A stretch of DNA of 40,710 nucleotides from Candidatus Woesearchaeota archaeon. Lineage in GTDB: Archaea > Nanobdellota > Nanobdellia > UBA10117 > ARS21. Both the position numbers and the translations under genes were made by a program. The notes under the pieces were generated by a model. That model saw only the letters and a program-made list of their open reading frames with translations. It searched no databases and was not told where the DNA came from. Location: NCBI GenBank assembly GCA_964619795.1, contig CAZUFS010000001.1, positions 1 to 40,710 on the forward strand. Direction: 5' to 3'. The stretch's first letter is position 1. Each line of letters starts with the position of its first letter. Shown piece after piece: positions 28,687 through 38,114 of this stretch.

Positions 28687-30874
28687 AATCTAATTGAGGT
28701 TGTGGTTCTTCTTCTTTTAATCCCTTTCTTTGTCTGATTTTTAATGAAACACTCTTTTGTAATTCAAAAGGTAATCTCTCAAAATTTTGATCCATAAGGA
28801 ACCAAGCTCCTCGTCCTTTTGTTCCTGCTCTAAGATTAGAAGTGAATCCGAAGCTTTCTGCTACCGGAACTTTTGCAGTAATTGTTAGTGCGCCTTGGTC
28901 TTGTTTTGTGTCTACCAATTGTCCTCGGATACTTTGTACTAATTTAGAAACGTTTCCCAAATAATCCATAGGTGCATCAATTCTCATTGTTTGTATAGGT
29001 TCAAATAATACTGTTCCTGCAGTAAGCATTGCGTTATAAATTGAGTTACGCATTGCCGGAATAATTTGAGCTGGACCTCGGTGAATGCTATCTTCGTGTA
29101 ATTTTGCATCAGTTAATTTAATAATTAATTTACCGCAAGGCTCTCTTGAAAGCGGTCCTGCTTTGACTGCTTCTCTAAATGCTTCTAGCACCAATGAAAT
29201 AATTTCGTTAATGTAAACTATACCTCTAGTAGCATCAATGAAAACACAACCATTGTAGATTTCTTTGACCTTCTTTGCTGTGTCTCTATCCATTCCTGCC
29301 TTAACTAAAACTTCAGTCATTTCTTTGAGATTTTTCTTTTTTACTTTAGTTTCAGGAACTTCTCCTGAATTTATTGCTTCAAAAAGTTGTTCAGACATAG
29401 GTTCGACCTTAACAAATAAGTGATTGTGCTTGTTTGGAGATTTTCCAACTAATACAGGTGAATTTTTTTCTACTGATTCTCGGTAAACAACAATTGGATC
29501 AGAAGTAACAATATCAATTCCCTTGTCTCGAGTAATTAAGTGCTCTTTGATTTCAAGATGTAATTCTCCTAGTCCCGCCATAATATTTTCTCCAGTTTCT
29601 TGGTTTATTGTAACTTTCAATGTGGGGTCTTCTTTCTCGAGACCTCTCAAAACTTCGATTAATTTTGGTAAGTCTTTTGGATTCTTGGCCTCTATTGCCT
29701 TAGAAACTACTGGATCAAACAAGTGAGAGATTGCTTCAAAACCTTCTATAGATGAGTCAGTTGTAATTGTTTCTCCTGCTTGTGCAGCTCTCAATCCAAC
29801 GATTCCCGCAATATTTCCTGCTGGAACTGAATCTACAACAAGTCTTTGTCCGCCCTTTGCCAATACAATTTGTTGAGTTCTGGCCTTTACGTCCGCATTT
29901 ATTAAATGAACTTCGGATCCTTTCTTCAATGTTCCAGAAAATACTCTGCCGTATGCAATTTCGCCTGCTTGCGGATCAATAATAACTTTAGTTACTACGA
30001 AAACTACTGGTCCATTTGGATCGCAAGTCATCAAGGATTTTCCCGATTCTGATTCAGCATCACCTTGCCATAGTTTTGGAATTCTATATTTTTGAGAATC
30101 AGTTGGTGAAGGTAAATGTTGTACAACTGCATCTAGAACTGCTTCATGTAATGGAACTGCTTTTCTCAATCCGACGGGATCGTCTTTTTCATAGAAATCA
30201 TAAACTTCTTTGAAACTAAATTTATTTTTCTGCATGATATTTACAGAAAGCGCCCAGTTTTGATATGCTGAGCCGAATGCCACGCTACCGTCTTGAACAG
30301 AAACTTGCCATTCTTCCTTATATTCTTCTGGTGCATATTGTCGGATTAATTTGTTAACTCCTTGAATTATTTTAACAAATCTTTCTTGCATTTGTTCAGG
30401 AGTTAATTGTAATTCTTTTATTAATCTGTCAACTTTATTGATGAATAAAATTGGTTTTACTCTTTCTTTCAAAGCTTGTCTAAGAACTGTTTCGGTTTGA
30501 GGCATACATCCTTCAACAGCACAAGCCAATACGACTACGCCGTCAACTGCTCTCATTGCTCGAGTAACTTCCCCTCCAAAATCTACGTGACCTGGAGTGT
30601 CAATTAAATTAATTAGATATTCTTTTTCATTTACTCTGTGCATCATGGAAACATTTGCACTGTAAATTGTGATTCCTCTCTCAGCTTCTTCTTCGTCAAA
30701 ATCAAGAGCTCTTTGTTTACCGGCCAATTCTTCAGAAATCATACCTGCTCCTGAAAGTAAATTGTCAGAGAACGTAGTCTTACCGTGATCAATATGTGCA
30801 GCGATACCAATATTTCGAATATTTCCAGGTACCTTCATACCTTCCAATATTTGAGAGGTCATATCTTTGGCCAT
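28685..30874 (-). CDS. fusA: translation elongation factor aEF-2
   Basis: G1 AHIDHGKTT, DTPGH and NKVD. The diphthamide-site context HEDSIHRGPAQI is present. 729 aa. Confidence 0.95.
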   Translation of the reverse strand: MAKDMTSQILEGMKVPGNIRNIGIAAHIDHGKTTFSDNLLSGAGMISEELAGKQRALDFDEEEAERGITIYSANVSMMHRVNEKEYLINLIDTPGHVDFGGEVTRAMRAVDGVVVLACAVEGCMPQTETVLRQALKERVKPILFINKVDRLIKELQLTPEQMQERFVKIIQGVNKLIRQYAPEEYKEEWQVSVQDGSVAFGSAYQNWALSVNIMQKNKFSFKEVYDFYEKDDPVGLRKAVPLHEAVLDAVVQHLPSPTDSQKYRIPKLWQGDAESESGKSLMTCDPNGPVVFVVTKVIIDPQAGEIAYGRVFSGTLKKGSEVHLINADVKARTQQIVLAKGGQRLVVDSVPAGNIAGIVGLRAAQAGETITTDSSIEGFEAISHLFDPVVSKAIEAKNPKDLPKLIEVLRGLEKEDPTLKVTINQETGENIMAGLGELHLEIKEHLITRDKGIDIVTSDPIVVYRESVEKNSPVLVGKSPNKHNHLFVKVEPMSEQLFEAINSGEVPETKVKKKNLKEMTEVLVKAGMDRDTAKKVKEIYNGCVFIDATRGIVYINEIISLVLEAFREAVKAGPLSREPCGKLIIKLTDAKLHEDSIHRGPAQIIPAMRNSIYNAMLTAGTVLFEPIQTMRIDAPMDYLGNVSKLVQSIRGQLVDTKQDQGALTITAKVPVAESFGFTSNLRAGTKGRGAWFLMDQNFERLPFELQKSVSLKIRQRKGLKEEEPQPQLD

Positions 30875-30893
30875 GAAAGCAATAGATATGATA

Positions 30894-30904
30894 GTTTTAT
30901 ATAG
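30894..30904 (-). promoter_or_regulatory. TATA-like element for aEF-2 (leaderless spacing)
   Basis: Minus-strand CTATATAAAAC is centred 25 nt upstream of the ATG at 30874. Confidence 0.4.
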
Positions 30905-30931
30905 TTTTTGACGGGGAAGTAAAAAATTGAA

Positions 30932-32359
30932 TTATTTAGTCAAATCTCCGATTATCTTTGCAACTTTCTTACCATCTGCTCGTCCGGCAAGTTGTCCCAT
31001 AACTTTTCCAATTAATGCTCCGTGCGGAATTTTGGAATTTTCTTTTACAATTTCAGAAACAATTTTTTTGAGTTCGGAATCTGAAATTGGTTTGTAATCT
31101 TTTGTGATTTCTTCCAAAGTTTCGCCCTTAGTAAATCTTTCCATAATTTCAGGAATTGAAGCTTTGGTGATTTTTGAATTTGATAACAATGAGAATATTT
31201 CCATATAAAACTCATCTGGGAATCTCCAAGACTCAAGTTTTAGTTTTCTTTTTATTTCTTTAGAGGTACTCAACAGAGTTGTTGCAATTAAAGTTGGATT
31301 GATTTTGGTTTCCAGAATTTTATCAAATACATCACTTCTTATTGAGTTTGCCATCATTGATGAAAGTTCATCATTAAGTCCATTCTTTTTGTATCTTTCA
31401 AATTTTGATGAAATTAATTCGGGAAGTTTAATGGAATTTATTTTTTTAAAATCTGTTCGAATAATTGGTAAATCTGTTTCAGGATACATTCTGGCAGAAG
31501 TTGGCATAGGTCTTAAGAATTTTGAAGATCCGTCAGATTTTACATTTCTTACCTCGCCTCCGACTTTTCGATTCATAAATAATTCGTCTTTCTGACGTTC
31601 GATTTCAGTATCAACATATTTTTTTATTTCCTTAATTTCCTGAACTCCTTTTAATTCAACTCGTCCTCCTCCTGAAATTGAAATATTTACATCTTGTCTT
31701 ATTGTTCCTAGGCCTCGTTTGACTTTTCCTGTTGAACGTAAAATCATTCCTATTTTTTCTGCAGTCTCCCTGATATGGTCTGGATCTTTCATATCTGGAC
31801 CCGTGGTTATTTCAATTAAAGGTATTCCTAGACGATCTAATCTATATGTTACTGAATTTTTGTCTTCTGAAACTCTTCGCGCAGAATCTTCTTCTAAAAT
31901 AACTGAATCTACTGAAACTTTACCTTTGGAAGTTTCCATGTATCCGTTAGTTCCAACCAAACAAGTTCGCTGGAATCCGGAAGTATTTGAACCATCCACT
32001 ACCGTTTTTCTCATAACTTGAACAAAGGGTATTATGTTGCAGTTCAACATTCGGCAAACCGTATAAATTATTTTGAGGGCTTCTTTGTCAATCAACAACG
32101 GCGGTTCTTCGTCGGTCTCAATTAGAGACGTATTTGAATTATGGACTTCATAAACATAAGTTAAGTTTTTACTAGTTTCAAATTCTGCTGCAATATCTAC
32201 TTTTCCGGATTCTCCGGTCATCGCTCGTAGTTTCCGTTTAACTATTGAGTCGGGTGCGTCCTTGATTAAGTCTGAATCACATCTAGAAAAAAGTTTTCCA
32301 GTGTTCAACTGTTGATGAATTTCGAGTCCAGCCTTAAGACCAATATCCTTGTAATTCAT
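30932..32359 (-). CDS. gatE: Glu-tRNA(Gln) amidotransferase subunit E (GatE), unusually short
   Basis: N-terminus is GLKAGLEIHQQLNTGKLFSRC (GatE-type, not the GatB GLE[VI]H[VA]). Has a YqeY-like tail (GALIGKVMGQLAGRADGKKV). Lies directly downstream of gatD. Confidence 0.75.
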   Translation of the reverse strand: MNYKDIGLKAGLEIHQQLNTGKLFSRCDSDLIKDAPDSIVKRKLRAMTGESGKVDIAAEFETSKNLTYVYEVHNSNTSLIETDEEPPLLIDKEALKIIYTVCRMLNCNIIPFVQVMRKTVVDGSNTSGFQRTCLVGTNGYMETSKGKVSVDSVILEEDSARRVSEDKNSVTYRLDRLGIPLIEITTGPDMKDPDHIRETAEKIGMILRSTGKVKRGLGTIRQDVNISISGGGRVELKGVQEIKEIKKYVDTEIERQKDELFMNRKVGGEVRNVKSDGSSKFLRPMPTSARMYPETDLPIIRTDFKKINSIKLPELISSKFERYKKNGLNDELSSMMANSIRSDVFDKILETKINPTLIATTLLSTSKEIKRKLKLESWRFPDEFYMEIFSLLSNSKITKASIPEIMERFTKGETLEEITKDYKPISDSELKKIVSEIVKENSKIPHGALIGKVMGQLAGRADGKKVAKIIGDLTK

Positions 32360-32379
32360 GATTTAATTAATTATCAAAA

Positions 32380-32388
32380 GTTTATAAG
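32380..32388 (-). promoter_or_regulatory. TATA-like element for gatE (leaderless spacing)
   Basis: Minus-strand CTTATAAAC is centred 25 nt upstream of the ATG at 32359. Confidence 0.35.
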
Positions 32389-32397
32389 ATTTTCAAA

Positions 32398-33654
32398 CTA
32401 GTACAAAAAGGCATTGGGGTGGGATTTTTCTGAGAATTCGCCTCTCAAATTAGATACCATCAAATGTCTAATTTTTTCAGGGTTTGAAGTTTGACCTAAA
32501 ACCCATGAAAGCTTGACATATGCTGTCTCGGGAAGCATATCTTCAAGATAAACTACTCCGTGATTTGCGAGAGTTCGTCCAGTTGAATAAACGTAGGGGT
32601 CAACTCTGCCATAATTTGCCTGGGAAGTCATTCCAATAAAAACGCCTTTCTTGATTAATTTTGTAATTGAGTCAATTAAAGTTGATGTTGCAATGTGTCC
32701 AAGTCCGGTGCCTTCAATAATTATGCCTTTGTAATCAGCGTATGATTCCAAAACATCTGCGGTCATTCCAGGATAATATTTCAGAAGTGCGACCTTTTCT
32801 TCAAATTTTGATTTTACTTTAACTTTTCCAGAGTGGCGTAACTCACATTTAGAATGTTTTTCAATTTTTCCATTAGGATAAATTTTAGCCAATGGAACCG
32901 TGTTTATCGGTCTAAATGAGTCTCGTTTTGAGGTGTGCAACTTCTTGACTTTTGTTCCTCGGTTTGCTAAACAATAATTGTCGCTAGATGTTCCGTGCAA
33001 TACTGTTGCAACTTCCGCAATATCGCTAGTTGCATAATGAACTCCGCAAATTAGATTCATTCCTCCATCAAAGCTTCCTCGGTCGGAAGATCTCTGACCT
33101 CCGACAATTGCTACTGGTTTGGAAAGTCCTTCCAAAGCGAATGATAATGCTGCGGCAGTGTAATGAAGTGTGTCTGTTCCGTGTGTAACTACTGCACCTC
33201 TAACGTCGGCCTTATTTAATTCTCGTGCAACAAATCCTGCAATTTTTGACCAGTATTCGGGATTCATTTCTTCACTGAAAATAGACATTGGCGCAGAAAC
33301 GGAAATATTTGCTATTTTTTTGAGATCAGGGATTTTTCCCAAGAGCTCTCGAGGTTTTGTCATTGGATGAACTGCTCCAGTTTTGTAGTCTACATGAGAT
33401 GCAATTGTTCCTCCTGTTGAAATTAAAGAAACATTCGGTAAAGTCCTGTCTTTAGTGATTGGAGTTGTATCTGATTTTATTCCGAAATTGGTTTTACCAA
33501 TAATTTCAACTTGAGATCCTTTTTTTGGAAGGCCAACATTATATCCGTTTGTTAATTTTAATAAATGTATATCCTTCTCGGAAGATTCTAGAATAATACC
33601 TTCGTATTCCGAACCAAAATACTTGATTTTAACTTTGTTACCAGTGTTAGACAT
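32398..33654 (-). CDS. gatD: Glu-tRNA(Gln) amidotransferase subunit D (GatD, asparaginase-like)
   Basis: Asparaginase motifs STGGTIAS and THGTDT, preceded by an N-terminal extra domain. 418 aa. Confidence 0.85.
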   Translation of the reverse strand: MSNTGNKVKIKYFGSEYEGIILESSEKDIHLLKLTNGYNVGLPKKGSQVEIIGKTNFGIKSDTTPITKDRTLPNVSLISTGGTIASHVDYKTGAVHPMTKPRELLGKIPDLKKIANISVSAPMSIFSEEMNPEYWSKIAGFVARELNKADVRGAVVTHGTDTLHYTAAALSFALEGLSKPVAIVGGQRSSDRGSFDGGMNLICGVHYATSDIAEVATVLHGTSSDNYCLANRGTKVKKLHTSKRDSFRPINTVPLAKIYPNGKIEKHSKCELRHSGKVKVKSKFEEKVALLKYYPGMTADVLESYADYKGIIIEGTGLGHIATSTLIDSITKLIKKGVFIGMTSQANYGRVDPYVYSTGRTLANHGVVYLEDMLPETAYVKLSWVLGQTSNPEKIRHLMVSNLRGEFSEKSHPNAFLY

Positions 33655-33673
33655 AATTTAACTTCCTATTAAT

Positions 33674-33684
33674 GTTATAAAAAT
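33674..33684 (-). promoter_or_regulatory. TATA-like element for gatD (leaderless spacing)
   Basis: Minus-strand ATTTTTATAAC is centred 25 nt upstream of the ATG at 33654. Confidence 0.4.
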
Positions 33685-33689
33685 ATTAA

Positions 33690-33709
33690 GGTACCTCAGA
33701 TGAGGTACC
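33690..33709 (-). terminator. perfect 8-bp hairpin after ftsZ
   Basis: GGTACCTC-agat-GAGGTACC lies 31 nt after the ftsZ stop and is followed on the minus strand by a U-rich run. Confidence 0.4.
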
Positions 33710-33740
33710 AGAACTTCGTAAGACAACTCAGGATAGGTCC

Positions 33741-34817
33741 TTAACTAATCATGTCAAGTCCCAATTCATTATTGAGCTCGATTGTTTGTCGTGATGCTTG
33801 AGCGTAGGCATTTTGACCCAGTACGTAGGGAGATTTAACTCCAGTAATAATGGTCATAACTCGTAGTTTGCCTCTCATCTCATCATCAATTCTTGCTCCC
33901 CAGATAACATTTGCGTCACTATCTAGGCCCGCAGTGATGAGTTCACCAACTCTTTCCGCCTCATCCAAAGTTAAGTCTGGTCCTCCGGTGATGTGGATTA
34001 ATGCTCCACTTGCACCATCATAACTTACTTCCAATAACGGATTGGATAAAGCTCTCTTTGTGGCTTCTTCTACCCTCTTATCGGAATCTGATTCTCCGAT
34101 TCCAGTTACGGAAACTCCGCCAGCAGACATTATTGCTCTAACGTCTGCGTAATCTAAGTTAATCAAAGATGGTACAGATATAATTTCTACAATGCTCTTA
34201 ATCATTGTGGAAATCAATTCATTAGCAACAGCGAATGCCTGTTGAATTGGTAAGTTTCCTGCGATTGAAGATAATCGATTATTGTCTATAACAATTACAG
34301 TGTTACAGACTTCTCTTAATTGTTTTAATCCCCATTCGGCTTTGTCAATTCTTGCCTTTTCAATGGAGAATGGCATTGTTACAACACCAATAACAATTGC
34401 TTTTGATTCTTTTGCGACTTGTGCAACAACTGGAGCGACACCTGTTCCAGTTCCTCCGCCCATACCTGCACAAACGAAAACCATGTCAGATTCTGCCAAC
34501 GCGCCTTTCAATTCATGAATTTGTTCTCTTGCAGATTGTGCACCCACTTCAGGGATTCCGCCTGCTCCGAGACCACGAGTTGTGTCTTTTCCAACAAGAA
34601 TTTTCTTGTCTGCTTCTCTGTGATCTAAGTGCATTTTATCAGTGTTTACTGCGACAATCTCTGCACCTTCTACGCCTTTCTTATACAGCCAATCAGCCAT
34701 ATTGTTTCCAGCGCCACCACAGCCAATGACTTTTATATTTGCCTGTCCAACATTTGAGTCGACTGTTGCGGTTTGGTTATCCAAACCACTTAATGCGTTT
34801 TGTACGATGAAATCCAT
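33741..34817 (-). CDS. ftsZ: cell division GTPase FtsZ
   Basis: GCGGAGNNM, tubulin signature GMGGGTGTG and T7-loop NLDYADV. 358 aa. Confidence 0.95.
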   Translation of the reverse strand: MDFIVQNALSGLDNQTATVDSNVGQANIKVIGCGGAGNNMADWLYKKGVEGAEIVAVNTDKMHLDHREADKKILVGKDTTRGLGAGGIPEVGAQSAREQIHELKGALAESDMVFVCAGMGGGTGTGVAPVVAQVAKESKAIVIGVVTMPFSIEKARIDKAEWGLKQLREVCNTVIVIDNNRLSSIAGNLPIQQAFAVANELISTMIKSIVEIISVPSLINLDYADVRAIMSAGGVSVTGIGESDSDKRVEEATKRALSNPLLEVSYDGASGALIHITGGPDLTLDEAERVGELITAGLDSDANVIWGARIDDEMRGKLRVMTIITGVKSPYVLGQNAYAQASRQTIELNNELGLDMIS

Positions 34818-34870
34818 TTTCTTTAAAGTGTCAGTTTCTTACGAAGTGACTTGTTTCAAAAATAAAACAT

Positions 34871-34882
34871 TATTTAAAAAGG
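34871..34882 (-). promoter_or_regulatory. TATA-like element for ftsZ (about 33-nt leader)
   Basis: Minus-strand CCTTTTTAAATA lies about 59 nt upstream of the ATG at 34817. Confidence 0.4.
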
Positions 34883-34991
34883 ATTTATATGGTCCGGAAT
34901 ATAGTTTAGACAAAACAGCACAAAAAACGCTATGCTTTGAGCATGGTATTTTTCTGTATGTTTCAAAATATAGTTTTCACTATACAATTAA

Positions 34992-35651
34992 TCATTTAAA
35001 ATGCTTTATGGTCTTTCCAATCTTTTTAACCAATTTTTCATGAGTTGTCGTCAACTTTTTATCGAACTTCCGAATATAATTTATGTGTTTTTTCTTAATT
35101 AATGGGAAAGTTTTGTCCGCACGCTTTCGAGATTTCCACTCTTCGTAGAAAGTTCGATCATATGCAATATTATGTGCAGTTCTAGAAAAATGCTTATTGG
35201 AGTAACCGAGAGCCACCAGATTATGTATTTGAATTTTATTGGGAATTGAAAGTAACGATGCTACTCGTTTTTCACTAAAATCGCTTATCCATGAACTCTG
35301 TATTCCGAATTCTTGTGCTGCCAATAGAATGTTTTGAGTGACTGCCGCAGAATTTTGAATGGAATATTTGAGTACTTCGTTTTCACTGTATAGCTTTTTT
35401 AGATTCCCGTTGTCTGAACAAACTGCTAATAGGACTGGTGCGCTAGATATCCAATTGTGCCCTGAAATTGCAGATATTTTATTTCGGATATTCTCAGTTT
35501 CAATAATTACTATCTTGGTTGAAGGAACCTTACCAATTGCGTTCGCGGCATAACCTGCCTCGAGAATAGCGAATAATTTGTTGTAAGGTATAGTCTTACC
35601 CTTAAACTGATGTGTATTCCTTATCCCAAATATTGCGTCATACAATTCCAT
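34992..35651 (-). CDS. nitroreductase-family protein with a basic C-terminal extension
   Basis: N-terminus is ELYDAIFGIRNTHQFKGKTIP, with an overall nitroreductase-fold pattern (QNILLAAQEFGIQSSW). Divergent from typical members. Confidence 0.55.
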   Translation of the reverse strand: MELYDAIFGIRNTHQFKGKTIPYNKLFAILEAGYAANAIGKVPSTKIVIIETENIRNKISAISGHNWISSAPVLLAVCSDNGNLKKLYSENEVLKYSIQNSAAVTQNILLAAQEFGIQSSWISDFSEKRVASLLSIPNKIQIHNLVALGYSNKHFSRTAHNIAYDRTFYEEWKSRKRADKTFPLIKKKHINYIRKFDKKLTTTHEKLVKKIGKTIKHFK

Positions 35652-35727
35652 GTTTAGTTTAAGTGTAAATAATTAATAAAACTATCTTGATTGATAATAC
35701 TTATAATTGGTAATATTAAGAAAAAAT

Positions 35728-37413
35728 ATGGATTATTCTAAGATGGTTCGAATTTATGAAGAACTGTCTGCCACATCAAAATTGTTGGAAAAACGAGACA
35801 TTATTTCAAATTTTTTGAAATCAGTTAAAGAAAAAAATTTAGTAAATGCAGTTAATTTATTGCAAGGTCGTACTTTTTCAGAATGTGATCCGCGAAAACT
35901 TGGAGTTGGAACTCAGTTGATTATTAAGGCATTAATAAATACTTCGGGAAGTTCTTCCGAAGAAATTAACAAGCAATGGGCTAAATTGGGAGACTTAGGA
36001 AAGGTTACAGAAGAAATTATGGCGAAGCGAAAGCAGGCAGTGTTAGTTAGTGGTAGCTTGACAATAACTGGAATTGTTGAACGAAACCAAAAACTTGCTG
36101 AAATTGAAGGGTCCGGTGCGGTTTCAAAAAAAGTGAGCATAATCTCGGAGTTAATCTCGTCTACTTCTCCAGGAGGCGCAAAATATTTGGTTCGATTGTT
36201 ATTGGAAGATCTTAGGACTGGTGCGGGTGTTGGAGTTATTCGAGATGCAATCAGCGAAGCTTTCGAATTAGATAAGTCAAAAATACAGCGCGGTTATGAT
36301 TTAACTACTGATTTGGCTCAAGTCGCACTCATTGCTAAAACTGAAGGCGATGTAGGGTTAAGCAATCTAAAGATTAAACCTGGAAATCCCGTAAAAGTCA
36401 TGCTCTTTCAGAAGTCAGAGAACTTTGAGAGTGCATTTACTAAGGTCGGTTCGCCCGCAGCAATAGAATACAAATATGATGGATTCAGACTTCAGATACA
36501 TAGGAATGGTAAGTTGATACAATTATTTACTCGAAATCTTGAGGATGTTACTGCTCAATTCCCCGATATTGTTGAATTTGTGAAGCGAGATATTAACTCA
36601 ACTTCATTTGTTATTGATTGTGAAGCGATTGGATATGACCTCAAAACAAAAATTTGGAAACCTTTTCAGGAAATTTCTCAACGAATCAAACGAAAATATA
36701 ATGTTGAAGAAATGATGAAGGAAGTTCCCATTATGATTCTGGCTTTTGACATATTATATCTGGACGGTAAAAGCTTGTTGGAATCGACTTTCAACAAACG
36801 TAGATCTGCATTAAAGAAAGTGATAAAATATGAAAAGTTGGCAGTAGATTTGGCAAAATCAATTGTCACGTCAGATTCTGCTGAAGCGAAGAAATTCTAT
36901 GAAGATTCATTGAAAGATGGTGCTGAGGGAGTTATGGTAAAAAATCTAAATGGAATATACAAACCTGGATCTCGAGTCGGTTTCGGATTGAAAATTAAAC
37001 CAGTTATGGAATCTCTTGATTTAACTATTGTTGGTGCAGAATGGGGAACGGGTAAGCGTGCCAATTGGCTAAGTAGCTTTACTCTGGCTTGCCGAGATGG
37101 AGATAATTTTGTCGAAATTGGTAAAATGGGGACTGGCTTAAAGGAAAAGGATGAAGAAGGACTGAGTTTTAATCAATTAACGAGCTTACTTCGTCCAAAT
37201 ATCTTACATGAATCTGGTCGAGAAGTTAAAATTAAACCTTCCGTTATTCTTGAAATTGAATATGAAGAAATACAAAAATCTCCCACCTATTCTTCTGGAT
37301 TTGCACTTAGATTCCCTCGCGTATTAAAATTGAGAGCTGACTTGAGTTTGTCCGATATTGATGACCTTGAAAAAATAAATTCCCTAAGAAAGGTTCAACG
37401 AGGACGTAAATAA
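35728..37413 (+). CDS. lig: ATP-dependent DNA ligase
   Basis: Adenylation motif I is EYKYDGFR, followed by EGVMVK and the OB-fold C-terminal FPR motif. The ATG at 35728 is preferred over the TTG at 35707. Confidence 0.9.
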   Translation: MDYSKMVRIYEELSATSKLLEKRDIISNFLKSVKEKNLVNAVNLLQGRTFSECDPRKLGVGTQLIIKALINTSGSSSEEINKQWAKLGDLGKVTEEIMAKRKQAVLVSGSLTITGIVERNQKLAEIEGSGAVSKKVSIISELISSTSPGGAKYLVRLLLEDLRTGAGVGVIRDAISEAFELDKSKIQRGYDLTTDLAQVALIAKTEGDVGLSNLKIKPGNPVKVMLFQKSENFESAFTKVGSPAAIEYKYDGFRLQIHRNGKLIQLFTRNLEDVTAQFPDIVEFVKRDINSTSFVIDCEAIGYDLKTKIWKPFQEISQRIKRKYNVEEMMKEVPIMILAFDILYLDGKSLLESTFNKRRSALKKVIKYEKLAVDLAKSIVTSDSAEAKKFYEDSLKDGAEGVMVKNLNGIYKPGSRVGFGLKIKPVMESLDLTIVGAEWGTGKRANWLSSFTLACRDGDNFVEIGKMGTGLKEKDEEGLSFNQLTSLLRPNILHESGREVKIKPSVILEIEYEEIQKSPTYSSGFALRFPRVLKLRADLSLSDIDDLEKINSLRKVQRGRK

Positions 37414-37417
37414 TTTT

Positions 37418-37451
37418 TGAAACAGAGTTTTACTTTTTGAACTCTGTTTCA
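37418..37451 (+). terminator. 12-bp perfect inverted repeat 5 nt after the lig stop
   Basis: TGAAACAGAGTT-ttactttttg-AACTCTGTTTCA. The loop carries a T5 run. The 3' arm overlaps repeat copy 1 described next. Confidence 0.45.
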
Positions 37452-37457
37452 TTTATA
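37444..37457 (+). repeat. 14-nt direct repeat copy 1 (CTGTTTCATTTATA)
   Basis: Exact copy of 37506-37519. TGTTTCA(T) cores also occur at 37458-37465, and a TGTTTCT variant at 37477-37483. Confidence 0.7.
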
Positions 37458-37492
37458 TGTTTCATAAACAAAATCATGTTTCTTTTTCAAAA

Positions 37493-37503
37493 CTCTTTTA
37501 TAG
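37493..37503 (+). promoter_or_regulatory. TATA-like element for the wHTH regulator gene (leaderless spacing)
   Basis: CTCTTTTATAG is centred 26 nt upstream of the ATG at 37524. Confidence 0.4.
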
Positions 37504-37505
37504 CA

Positions 37506-37519
37506 CTGTTTCATTTATA
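37506..37519 (+). repeat. 14-nt direct repeat copy 2 (CTGTTTCATTTATA), candidate operator
   Basis: Lies between the predicted TATA and the start codon of the wHTH gene. Confidence 0.7.
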
Positions 37520-37523
37520 AAAC

Positions 37524-38033
37524 ATGAAGACTGAGTTATTGAGTAAAATATTTGATATAAAAACTGTCGAAGTAATCAAAATTTTAATCACTAAGCGTGG
37601 TCGATTCTATCTAAGAGATTTGTCCAGAGAATCAGGAGTAAGTTTGGCTACTACTTATCGAATTGTTCAAAAATTGAAAGATATAGGTGTTGTTTACAAA
37701 GACGGTAAGGAAAAAATCGAATTTTATGAATTAAATCGGAATTCTGATAATTTTTCAATAATACAAGAAATTTTTATGGATTCAATTAAAAAACCGGGAG
37801 AAATTGTTAAAGAAGAACTTCACAAAATACACGGTATGGAACCGCGAATTTATTATGAAAAAGCTAATGAAAACAAAATAATTGTAGTTAGTTCTTTAAC
37901 TGAAAAGAAAGAGCTTTCTGCCTTGAAAGAAAAAATAGATGGTGACCTTAAAATTGTATTGTTCTCAAATTCTCAATTCATTGAACTGAAAAATGCGGGA
38001 TTTGTAAAAAGTAAAACTCTTGCCGAGATATAA
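37524..38033 (+). CDS. winged-helix (MarR/TrmB-like) transcriptional regulator
   Basis: N-terminal wHTH is YLRDLSRESGVSLATTYRIVQKLKDIGVV. 169 aa. Confidence 0.6.
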   Translation: MKTELLSKIFDIKTVEVIKILITKRGRFYLRDLSRESGVSLATTYRIVQKLKDIGVVYKDGKEKIEFYELNRNSDNFSIIQEIFMDSIKKPGEIVKEELHKIHGMEPRIYYEKANENKIIVVSSLTEKKELSALKEKIDGDLKIVLFSNSQFIELKNAGFVKSKTLAEI

Positions 38034-38114
38034 CATCCATCGAAGAAATGATTATAAAGAAAAATTAGCATTACTCATCAAAGACTAATCGATTTACCAT
38101 TAGTTAGTTAAAAA

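Noticed and set aside
34818-34991. Longest non-coding gap (174 nt, upstream of ftsZ) as a possible small RNA or C/D-box sRNA locus. It contains an AATATAGTTT direct repeat and short inverted repeats.
   Set aside because: There are no C/D (RUGAUGA/CUGA) or H/ACA box arrangement and no convincing extended structure. The gap is adequately explained by the ftsZ promoter plus leader and the nitroreductase 3' region.
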